The notes: a model not told the origin generated them from the sequence alone. Positions 1-7,443 are shown, counted from the first letter of the stretch. The stretch: DNA of 28,694 nucleotides from an uncultured Candidatus Saccharibacteria bacterium (GCA_964637795.1 CAZWWZ010000001.1:1-28694), one strand, 5' to 3'. Numbers and translations are program-made.

Positions 1-167
1 CCCGAGTGGCCAGCCTGTCCGGAGGCGGAAGTTGCCCGTCATTATCAGATGAAAACTGATGCTCCGTTCTCATGGTTTGATGATAACCCTGTTTATTTTT
101 TTCTATCTTATCACGCGAACTACCGCCTCGTCCACATTTCCCGAGGACGAGCCCGACTATTTTTGTT

Positions 168-185
168 TTGCGGAGGCGGAAGGAT
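168..185. repeat. 18-bp direct repeat of the tRNA-Ser 3' end (att-like duplication, distal copy)
   Basis: ttgcggaggcggaaggat at 168-185 is identical to 10169-10186, the reverse complement of the tRNA-Ser T-stem/acceptor end. Confidence 0.9.
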
Positions 186-304
186 AGGCACATAAGAATG
201 CGCCGAATCGGTTCGCTCGTCGAAAATAAGAACTCATCCCGAGTTTTTATTTTCTCCTCGCTGCCAATTCTCGAACCCTAAAGGGTTCTCATCCTTCCGC
301 CGCA
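168..304. repeat. tRNA-anchored palindromic (MITE/REP-like) element
   Basis: Inverted arms ggcggaaggat (175-185) / atccttccgcc (291-301); internal hairpins at 187-204, 222-235/241-254 (14 bp) and 273-288. Confidence 0.7.
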
Positions 305-309
305 GATGC

Positions 310-347
310 AATCAAAAAGAATGGCGAAATGGCCATCCTTTTTGATT
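310..347 (-). terminator. hairpin, probable pre-integration terminator of tRNA-Ser
   Basis: aatcaaaaag (310-319) / ctttttgatt (338-347) plus atggc/gccat inner stem; it would directly follow the tRNA if 350-10176 is excised. Confidence 0.5.
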
Positions 348-348
348 A

Positions 349-429
349 ATGCGGAGCGTAGTAGACGACATTAGAACCTATTGGCAGACCACCAGCGGGT
401 CGGTTTTTATACCAAGCTTTTCGCTTTAG
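349..429 (+). other. left junction (core tgcggag 350-356) plus detached in-frame 3' end of the serine recombinase gene (xRSVVDDIRTYWQTTSGSVFIPSFSL*)
   Basis: 7-bp core shared with 10170-10176 in the same codon phase; open frame to TAG at 427-429; AATGTC (10158-10163) / GACATT (367-372) inverted repeat flanks the core in the reconstructed attP. Confidence 0.65.
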
Positions 430-441
430 AATATAAAATCC

Positions 442-891
442 CTAGAGAATTATAGATTTATATTCTCCCTCAACTTGATTACTTTTCATAACTCCACTAA
501 TAATGGCACTCATAATAAGTTTAGGGATTTTTTCAGGAAACATAATTCCACCATTTCCAACCTTTTTAATAAGATTTTTAAGTGTTACGGGGTATACCTG
601 ATTGCAATTTATAACACTTGGAACAGTTAGACGCGGAAAATCTGTTGGAGTAATAAACACCAATGTTGATGTATCTCCACTAATCTTCTTAACAAATTCT
701 AATCGACCAGCAATTTTCGAAGTCACCGTTGCAAGAACGATAAAATCGTCCGTCTTTGGTGAAGAGTTTAATACAATAAAATAACGTTGTTTTTTAGAAT
801 TGCTGCCATCCCGATTCGCTATATTATCCCAATAAAAAAAGACTGTTCCGCGTTCAATGGATGCAATTATTTCCTTGGCTAATGGTGCCAT
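442..891 (-). CDS. PemK/MazF-like toxin (putative endoribonuclease)
   Basis: RGTV...KKQRYFIVLN...LATVTSK...SVINCNQV pattern typical of the PemK fold; 7 bp downstream of a Panacea antitoxin gene. Confidence 0.7.
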   Translation of the reverse strand: MAPLAKEIIASIERGTVFFYWDNIANRDGSNSKKQRYFIVLNSSPKTDDFIVLATVTSKIAGRLEFVKKISGDTSTLVFITPTDFPRLTVPSVINCNQVYPVTLKNLIKKVGNGGIMFPEKIPKLIMSAIISGVMKSNQVEGEYKSIIL

Positions 892-898
892 GAAACAT

Positions 899-1516
899 TT
901 AGCGCTCGAGCGACGCTGAAACCTCCCTATTCTCGAGATAAATGTTTTTTGCCGATTCTAGATGGTTCTCGGAAAATTCAAAAATTCTAGATGATTTAGC
1001 ATTCTTTGAATCAAGGAAAAAATCTAGATAGTCCATTTTCACCCGTTTCTTCCCACCCTCAATTTCAGCTTTATGTTTTGCCCATTCTGGATAGCTGTGC
1101 GAAATAATATCAGCAAGTTCAAATTGATCCTTGTCTCCAAATTCGTTATATGCAGCCTCCATCGCTTCAATGTCGGATTGCGAAAATGAATCAAAATCAA
1201 CGTCTTTTTTTGATGTAACCGTGAGTAATTTTACATCACCAGCTGGATGTCCCAAAAACGATTTGGCGTATTCTAATGAATTCTTATCCAACTTATTCTC
1301 GTCAAAATTTGCCGTATCCAACACATTCGAAGCGACGGGTCCGAATTTCATCGCCCAATATATATCCCCCACTACTGGCCGCCCATACTTTCTCAAGTGA
1401 TATCTATCAGCAAAATAAACAAGCTTGATAGCTTTCATTTTGTTTATTTTGCCATCTTTCTTTCGGGCAAAATAATTTATCGCTTGGGTACTTTTTTTAC
1501 AGAGTGGCGTCACCAT
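899..1516 (-). CDS. Panacea (DUF4065/SocA-like) antitoxin
   Basis: KMKAIKLVYFADRYHLRKYGRPVVGDIYWAMKFGPV matches the family KL-Y..AD..G.P..AM..GPV motif; C-terminal HSYPEW. Confidence 0.85.
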   Translation of the reverse strand: MVTPLCKKSTQAINYFARKKDGKINKMKAIKLVYFADRYHLRKYGRPVVGDIYWAMKFGPVASNVLDTANFDENKLDKNSLEYAKSFLGHPAGDVKLLTVTSKKDVDFDSFSQSDIEAMEAAYNEFGDKDQFELADIISHSYPEWAKHKAEIEGGKKRVKMDYLDFFLDSKNAKSSRIFEFSENHLESAKNIYLENREVSASLER

Positions 1517-1603
1517 AGCTAAATAATGATAAACGGACGAGAACCTTTAGTAACTTATTAAGTTAATAATAACACTTTTGTTCACGGATAGTCAACGTGG
1601 ATT

Positions 1604-1789
1604 TTATCTGCTTTTTTTGAACGGTGTCCCTGTATTATGTGGAGGAAATGGACTTTTTGATGGTTTTGTCGATGGCTCTTTCGTGATAACAGGCTTTTGC
1701 GGTTGCTTGCTCGGAACTTGCCGCACCGGTGCCACAGGCTGCTGTTTCTTGACTGGTTGTGTGGGTAAATTTTGTGGGTTTTCAGTCAT
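1604..1789 (-). CDS. Pro/Lys/Gln-rich microprotein (61 aa)
   Basis: Starts 14 bp after the upstream stop in a same-strand operon; low-complexity, probably disordered. Confidence 0.55.
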   Translation of the reverse strand: MTENPQNLPTQPVKKQQPVAPVRQVPSKQPQKPVITKEPSTKPSKSPFPPHNTGTPFKKSR

Positions 1790-1803
1790 AATTAAATTAT
1801 ACC

Positions 1804-2238
1804 TTAAATAAATATCAGGATAAACACAGAAAACAGCAATAAAATAAGAGCGGCCTCATAAGCCGAAGCCTTACGTCCGGCAACAGTTCTTTTCTGACTT
1901 AGAGCATATTGAGCATCACTAATAGATTGCTTTAATAATTCTTCTTCCGGCATGTCGAGGTAATCAAGATGTTCTTCTGGGTCGACTGCAATTGGTAAAT
2001 AAGTTCTTGGCCACATTGCAAAAATAAGCAGGGCTGTTGATATCCCCATAATAACCAGCCCTAGAATATCGGAACAGATAAGATTATCAGAAAGAAAGGC
2101 AGCATAGCCCGCCATAAAAGCAATCTCAATTCCCGCAAGAGTTCCCGACTTTCCGTCGATCACATTGTCGGCATCGGTGATAGTGTTATAATTCTGCCTT
2201 ACGCCATCAAGAATAATTTTGAGATTTTCCTTTGTCAT
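1804..2238 (-). CDS. three-TM membrane protein, distantly Pycsar-effector (DUF5706)-like
   Basis: Three hydrophobic segments; D-x-K before TM1, WPR after TM2, R-K before the terminal TM3. Confidence 0.5.
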   Translation of the reverse strand: MTKENLKIILDGVRQNYNTITDADNVIDGKSGTLAGIEIAFMAGYAAFLSDNLICSDILGLVIMGISTALLIFAMWPRTYLPIAVDPEEHLDYLDMPEEELLKQSISDAQYALSQKRTVAGRKASAYEAALILLLFSVFILIFI

Positions 2239-2240
2239 GA

Positions 2241-3083
2241 TTATTGATTATCTAAAATGGTACTCGTGCAGGTATATCCGTCACGTTTAAGGAACGCGGT
2301 GGCCATGTTCTGAAAGCCACTCCAGAACATATTGGTGCCGGTTGCGGTATCGCCTGCGCGATCACGCTTAATATTAGCTTGCACATCGTTGTTGCAATAT
2401 GCTTTTTCGGTATCGTAAGAGAACTCATCATACGCCATCTGAAATGTAATAATTTTGTCACGAAAAAGATCACCCGCCGTATCGAACACGCCCATATAGT
2501 CTTCGAGCTGAGTGTCCGTAAATCCCGTTTTCAGGGGTGAATATGTGTGTGGATGACTTTCGATAGCGGTAAGGATTGCTGCATACTTATTACTATTAAG
2601 TTGGTCGCTTATACTGAGCACAAATTGCGCCGATGCTTGATTTGTCGAATCTTGAATTTGTCCCCTTAAAACATCTGCCTGTTGGCCAGTATAATAGGCA
2701 ACAAAGCACGTTGCCACCAAAGAAAGTAATGCTATAAAAATCGGCATGACGCTACCGATACAATCGAGGTAATGGCCCATAGAAATCAACCTATATCCCT
2801 TGGCCCCTAATTTTAATCTATCGTTTTCTTGCTTAATAAAGCCCTTTTCAATACAACTTTCTAAATAGAATTCGATTTTCTTGAAGTCCTCAACTTCGTT
2901 GGGATCTTTTATTTCTGAAGCAAGCGCACGCCGGAGAACGGGCTGCTTAATTGTTTTCAAAAATTCCTCTCTTGGAATACCATCTAAGCGATAGCGATTT
3001 TGACTCTTTGCACCATAAAGCATTCCATAGAGTTCTTTGACAAGCTTTCTCTCGGACAAGTGGAATTTATTCGAATGGGTCAT
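2241..3083 (-). CDS. wHTH-like N-terminus + TM + DUF4760-like domain protein
   Basis: YLESCIEKGFIK...LKLGAKG wing motif; TM VMPIFIALLSLVATCFVAYY; DYMGVFD..G.LF..KII...F...IKRDR...W..FQ.MA resembles DUF4760. Confidence 0.55.
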   Translation of the reverse strand: MTHSNKFHLSERKLVKELYGMLYGAKSQNRYRLDGIPREEFLKTIKQPVLRRALASEIKDPNEVEDFKKIEFYLESCIEKGFIKQENDRLKLGAKGYRLISMGHYLDCIGSVMPIFIALLSLVATCFVAYYTGQQADVLRGQIQDSTNQASAQFVLSISDQLNSNKYAAILTAIESHPHTYSPLKTGFTDTQLEDYMGVFDTAGDLFRDKIITFQMAYDEFSYDTEKAYCNNDVQANIKRDRAGDTATGTNMFWSGFQNMATAFLKRDGYTCTSTILDNQ

Positions 3084-3090
3084 TTCTTAT

Positions 3091-3099
3091 AGTGTAACA
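3091..3099 (-). promoter_or_regulatory. extended -10 promoter (TGtTACACT), leaderless start of the membrane/TA operon
   Basis: TG-N-TACACT lies 7 nt upstream of the ATG at 3083. Confidence 0.55.
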
Positions 3100-3217
3100 A
3101 ATTGACGGCAGTCCACACTATTTCGCAAATCGTCGTACTATTCCATACTATTTTAGTATAGGGATGCTTAGTGATTTTGTGCGGGCCGACTGAACCGAAG
3201 AATGACTGTAAATAACA

Positions 3218-3700
3218 ATGATTAACAATAAATACAAGAAACAGATGGCCACTATCCTTGAACGGATCGACGTAAAGGAATATATGTGGCGCTACAGCCA
3301 CGGCGAGGCAAAACGTGATACTTATCAGACAACAGAGCGAGTATCTCCAAATTCCATACGGATCAACTGGCCGACCGGCATGTCGGTTATGGGATCGCAC
3401 AATTTAAGGGATGTTTCCGGCGAACTATGTTGGAGGAATCAGGTGATTGAACGCGTCCCCTCAAATTTGGGCAAGAACAGAGGCAGTATATGCTATTTTA
3501 TCTGCAACGATTGCGGCCGGAGAACGAAATACCTTTACTTCCAAAATTATCTTTACGCTCCGTTGTGCCGGAGATGCTGCGGCTTGCCCTATCGTCAGCC
3601 AACGCGGCCCGAAAGGAAAATATCGCGCTATCTTAGCAGGCATCCTGAAATGGCGACGCAAATTATTGATTCATTTATTGCTCCGACAGGAGGGTTATAG
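3218..3700 (+). CDS. zinc-ribbon hypothetical protein of mobile elements
   Basis: YFICNDCGRRTKYLY...LCRRCCGLPY: two CxxC pairs in the F-C-x2-CGRR-LY-CR-C-L-Y pattern. Confidence 0.7.
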   Translation: MINNKYKKQMATILERIDVKEYMWRYSHGEAKRDTYQTTERVSPNSIRINWPTGMSVMGSHNLRDVSGELCWRNQVIERVPSNLGKNRGSICYFICNDCGRRTKYLYFQNYLYAPLCRRCCGLPYRQPTRPERKISRYLSRHPEMATQIIDSFIAPTGGL

Positions 3701-3746
3701 AGGCGATTTTACTGTTATTTACTGCAAATAACAGATGATATTGGTG

Positions 3747-4736
3747 TTAATGGACGGCGTATGAGGCGGGAAGGATGCGTCCAAGAGTTCCGGCCTCTCC
3801 GACCTCTATTGCGGTCGGTATTCCAATATAGCAGTCATTGGTCTCGTCTATTGCCAATCCACCGGAATTTCCAGGATCAATTTTTGCGGATGTCGTGAGA
3901 TAAATACCGTCTTGTCCAGCGATTATTCCTTCTGTTACGGTTGGATCAATCGTTGAAAGCACGGACTGAAATTGTCCTGCATTTGTTCCGTAATCAGGAT
4001 ATCCAAGAACGACTATGGATTCTCCCGTAGGCGGGTTACTATCACAAGCGAAATGATCGTTACGCGCACGGGCATTCAAAGAAAGAGTAGGGTTCGTGAC
4101 GGACTCTTTCATTCCTGAAAGATATGCAATATCACTTCCATCGGATGTAAATTGTATTTTGCCATGAGCGGGAGTCTCAGGGATAACGACTGGCTCACTC
4201 GGAATCAAATAACTCGTATATGATGGCTCATCAACGAGAGTAATATCGTAAAATTGGTAATTATCATTGGGAAAAGCGACGTCACATTGGGTCGCCATTC
4301 CATATTGAGAGTTATAAGCTATATGGCGATTAGTGATAATTGTCGGTACTGAATTAAAGTTCGCAAGTAATCCTGACCCTGATTCTTTAAGATACCATTT
4401 GAAGGGTGTCATATTGGGATAGTTCCAATAGCATTCGACATAGGCCGTACTCTTTTGCCATTCAGCAACTATGTCAGGAAGAGACTTCGACGTGTTATTT
4501 GAAGATGAAGAAATTACATTCTGACCCGTCGTATTGTTTATATCAGAATTTGTTGAAGCCTGTTGTGTGCTGGTTGTGTTCGTATTTGTTTGGTTATTGG
4601 GCTGACCTGAGCTGGTGATATAGCTTATAAAGCCGACCAAAATCGCCAGCCCAATTAAGGCTACAATAATGACAATGGCGGGTGAACTCTTGTCGTTTTT
4701 ATTGATCGGCCGTTCGTCGTATTGAACTTCTTTCAT
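3747..4736 (-). CDS. membrane-anchored trypsin-like (S1/HtrA-type, no PDZ) serine protease
   Basis: N-terminal TM, S/T/N-rich linker, catalytic motifs ITNRH, DIAYL and IDPGNSGG. Confidence 0.85.
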   Translation of the reverse strand: MKEVQYDERPINKNDKSSPAIVIIVALIGLAILVGFISYITSSGQPNNQTNTNTTSTQQASTNSDINNTTGQNVISSSSNNTSKSLPDIVAEWQKSTAYVECYWNYPNMTPFKWYLKESGSGLLANFNSVPTIITNRHIAYNSQYGMATQCDVAFPNDNYQFYDITLVDEPSYTSYLIPSEPVVIPETPAHGKIQFTSDGSDIAYLSGMKESVTNPTLSLNARARNDHFACDSNPPTGESIVVLGYPDYGTNAGQFQSVLSTIDPTVTEGIIAGQDGIYLTTSAKIDPGNSGGLAIDETNDCYIGIPTAIEVGEAGTLGRILPASYAVH

Positions 4737-4781
4737 TGGTGAAGCAAAGTTTTCTTGCGCCCATTTATCATGGCATATTTT

Positions 4782-5861
4782 CTATATGGCAAGCATATAT
4801 GATAATGCTGGTGTATCGGCAATTTCTCCCGATGAGTTCATTTGGCCGATAACACATCCATCGGTCAATGAGACAGCGGTGCTGCCTTGCATTCCGTTCG
4901 GTACTGCCCCTATGTTGGTTGTATCGTAATATCCTGACGTGCCAGTGATAACGCCCGTGAGGGTCTGGTTTGTCGAATTGATTGGCCACCCAAACACGGC
5001 GACGGAATCCCCAACTGATGGTCTTGTCACGCAATAATTTATCTTCTTCGCATAATTCGTGAGATAGCCATTCGGTGTAGCGATGTTGATCTGCGCATAA
5101 TCAATGTTTATATTGTTTGCGACTATAGGGCTTGTGCCATAGGCAGCAGTCGTTGCGTAAGATCCTACAGTGAAGGTTGAAAGGCCGCCCGCATAGAGAT
5201 TGGCACCGGCTGGGAATTGAATATCGCATGTAGCAGGAGCGAGAACTGAACCTGTGTACGAGGTATTTATAACACCACCCAAAACTGTGCTTATGAAATA
5301 AGGAGCATACGAACTGTTGTTATAGGAGTTGAGTATGCCGTTCGAGCTTTGCGAAAAAAGTACATCGCCATATCTGTTATACCAATCGCAGGTAACGAAG
5401 GCGAGTTGAGGCGCGAGTTCTGAGTATAGAGCACTTGCAGAATAAGTTTGCGGAATGGGCACCGATTGAGTCGGCGTATTTTGAGTGGAATTCTGATTTT
5501 CTTGATTACTCGTGGTTGGAGCAGGCTGACTCACTGGTGCGGAAACGTTCATAGAATTTAGGAAGGCTCTCGTTATCGAACCGCAATAGCCTGATGCCGG
5601 AGAGATGTTATTCGCGGTCTGAAGTTGCTCCAAGGCAGTTCGAGTGCCGCTTCCGAAGTAACCCGTCGGGGTAGAGACAGATGTCAGATAACCTTTATTG
5701 ATTAAAATTTGCTGTAGGGCGATCACATCTGGCCCAGTCGAGCCGATAGTGAGGTTTTGGTTGAATTGATATGACGAGCCAGTGGCCTGTGCACGTACAA
5801 ACGAGGTGCTCGAAAAAACGAGGACTGCAATTATTGGCAAAGCTGAAAGATATTTTTTCAT
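4782..5861 (-). CDS. secreted peptidoglycan-binding protein with a degenerate (inactive) trypsin-like domain
   Basis: Signal peptide; PG_binding_1 motif (NLTIGSTGPDVIALQQIL...GYFGSGTRTAL..LQ...GYCGSITRAFLN); C-terminus aligns with the 3747-4736 protease but His and Ser are lost. Confidence 0.75.
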   Translation of the reverse strand: MKKYLSALPIIAVLVFSSTSFVRAQATGSSYQFNQNLTIGSTGPDVIALQQILINKGYLTSVSTPTGYFGSGTRTALEQLQTANNISPASGYCGSITRAFLNSMNVSAPVSQPAPTTSNQENQNSTQNTPTQSVPIPQTYSASALYSELAPQLAFVTCDWYNRYGDVLFSQSSNGILNSYNNSSYAPYFISTVLGGVINTSYTGSVLAPATCDIQFPAGANLYAGGLSTFTVGSYATTAAYGTSPIVANNINIDYAQINIATPNGYLTNYAKKINYCVTRPSVGDSVAVFGWPINSTNQTLTGVITGTSGYYDTTNIGAVPNGMQGSTAVSLTDGCVIGQMNSSGEIADTPALSYMLAI

Positions 5862-5887
5862 GTTGATAGTTTTTTATAGTTTCTTAT

Positions 5888-6056
5888 GATGGCGTGGCGA
5901 TCGGCCCATCAACACAAAACACCACGCTGACCTGATGCCTTACGGCATCCATACCCTTTCGGATATGACATCTTGCGGAAGTAGGCCAAACGTGGTGTTT
6001 GGTATCCGCAAGATGATTTTTTGCGCCATGCCCCGATTACTCAGGGTTTAGGCGAC
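5888..6056 (-). ncRNA. candidate structured RNA leader (GNRA tetraloops, 11-nt receptor variant, loop-downstream pairing)
   Basis: Three GNRA-capped hairpins on the minus strand; CCUAAA/CAUGG internal loop; 11-bp stem 5969-5979/6005-6015 whose loop pairs with 5912-5932. Confidence 0.7.
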
Positions 6057-6162
6057 TGATTAAATTGTGCTTTTATTTTGTCACAAATTTCCTAAAAAGG
6101 AAAATTCTGAAGATTGAAAAGTGCCTAGCATTTTCTAAAATCATAGGTAAAATAAGGATCAA

Positions 6163-6891
6163 ATGACAATGACAATAGAGGAAAAATACGATAATGCCAT
6201 TCAGATGTTTCAAAGCTATTACGATGGCAAAAACGAATCATTGCGTATCTCAAGTTTTGTTCTTGAAGAAAATGGTTTTGGGGAAGACTTTTGGCAAATG
6301 CTTTGCCCTAGATTAGAAAAGGATGGAATTCTAAAAGAGTGGCCATCCTTTTTTTACAAAACAGGATATTTCAGAAATGAAAGGCAATTCGATCAACTGA
6401 TAAATGATTTTAATAAAACTTTTAATTATGCTTCTGAATTTAAGGATTTTGCCATTACGGAAAGGGAGAAAATACAAAAAGAAATAAACTCCATGGAGCA
6501 TGTTTATCCTTTTGTTACTGACGGGGAAAAACTCAATGCGGTATATAACAAAGTTATCCGCAAATCAAAAAATGTATTAGCGGAAAAAGTCATATCATTT
6601 GATGATAAAAGCGCGAGAATTCTAATCGGGGAAATTTCAATTCAGCTACCTCCTTTTCAAAATGAGCACTGTCTCTGTCGCGTTATTTTTAGATGTAAAA
6701 TCCACGAGCCGATTGATTGGTCGGTGGTCTACAAAGAAATGACTGGCGATATTGACGAGATTGCCGACAAAACTAAAAAACGTTCCGTGCAAGACACGAT
6801 GTATGCTGTGAATAATCGGGTCAAAAAAGAGGCGAATACTGACGATGCATTGATGTCATGGAGGGGTAAAAGTATAGCTCGAAATTTTTAG
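6163..6891 (+). CDS. putative regulator with C-terminal OmpR-like winged helix
   Basis: LCRVIF...IDWSVVYKEMTG...SVQDTMYAVNNRVK...LMSWRGKSIARN resembles an effector-type wHTH. Confidence 0.55.
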   Translation: MTMTIEEKYDNAIQMFQSYYDGKNESLRISSFVLEENGFGEDFWQMLCPRLEKDGILKEWPSFFYKTGYFRNERQFDQLINDFNKTFNYASEFKDFAITEREKIQKEINSMEHVYPFVTDGEKLNAVYNKVIRKSKNVLAEKVISFDDKSARILIGEISIQLPPFQNEHCLCRVIFRCKIHEPIDWSVVYKEMTGDIDEIADKTKKRSVQDTMYAVNNRVKKEANTDDALMSWRGKSIARNF

Positions 6892-6923
6892 ACTCGAATT
6901 CGACCCGTAATTGACTCACTAAC
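6891..6923 (+). promoter_or_regulatory. three phased direct repeats (11-bp period) overlapping a TTGACT -35-like hexamer
   Basis: GACTCGAATTC / GACCCGTAATT / GACTCACTAAC starting at 6891, 6902 and 6913. Confidence 0.5.
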
Positions 6924-6932
6924 CATTCAGGT

Positions 6933-6963
6933 AAAGTCGAAGCAAGATGAGCTTCGGCTTTTT
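6933..6963 (+). terminator. intrinsic terminator/attenuator hairpin
   Basis: gtcgaagc (6936-6943) / gcttcggc (6951-6958) followed by a T run; an alternative partner gccggagc lies at 6970-6977. Confidence 0.55.
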
Positions 6964-6988
6964 AATTTCGCCGGAGCCATCGTAATAG

Positions 6989-7237
6989 ATGACTCTTCAA
7001 TTAAACGAAAATACCTTTTTCAAAACCACAGACCTCGCATTGGCGACGACTATTTCGCTTTCCTATCCGCTTGAAACCATAGATCGGGGGAATCGCAAGG
7101 CGCAATTTGTTTTCAAGCGAGATGTTGGGCTGGATGAATTGATCACAAGCTACTGGCGCAGGGAGCTAAAGGTCGAGCCGCAGGCTTACTACGACGCTCT
7201 GCGCGTCACAAAAGGGCAGCTCTACGAAAATCAATGA
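6989..7237 (+). CDS. DUF5659-like protein
   Basis: FKTTDLALATTISL-YPL..IDR...KAQFVFKR...YWRRELKVEPQAYYDAL..TK..LY pattern. Confidence 0.7.
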   Translation: MTLQLNENTFFKTTDLALATTISLSYPLETIDRGNRKAQFVFKRDVGLDELITSYWRRELKVEPQAYYDALRVTKGQLYENQ

Positions 7238-7443
7238 TCTCGTACACTGCTCTCCAGGAATTTAGAACTTTATGGCTTGAGGAATTTGGTGAACAGATTT
7301 CCGAGGAACAAGCCATGGAAATCGCGCCGAAACTCCTCAATCTTTTCAACCATATCTATCGGCCCGTAAAGAAAACATGGGTAGAGAGTTTAGAGCCGGA
7401 ATTAAAACAACAACCAAACGCTAATGAAAACACAAAACACTGA
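7234..7443 (+). CDS. small helical hypothetical protein of CPR integrative elements
   Basis: ATGA overlap with the upstream stop; ALQEFRTLWLEEFGEQISEEQAMEIA.KLLNLF..IYRP pattern. Confidence 0.7.
   Translation: MISYTALQEFRTLWLEEFGEQISEEQAMEIAPKLLNLFNHIYRPVKKTWVESLEPELKQQPNANENTKH

Noticed and set aside
1-73. Possible minus-strand gene start (MRTEHQFSSDNDGQLPPPDRLATR...) running off the window
   Set aside because: Only 24 codons are visible and there is no recognisable motif.
1804-2238. Complete Pycsar/CBASS system
   Set aside because: No cyclase or CD-NTase in the island; only a distant effector-like layout.
5888-6056. c-di-GMP-I, c-di-AMP (ydaO) riboswitch or hammerhead ribozyme
   Set aside because: The receptor precedes the GAAA loop and the GEMM junction nucleotides are absent; no ydaO consensus; CUGAUG is not followed by the hammerhead A...GAAA core.
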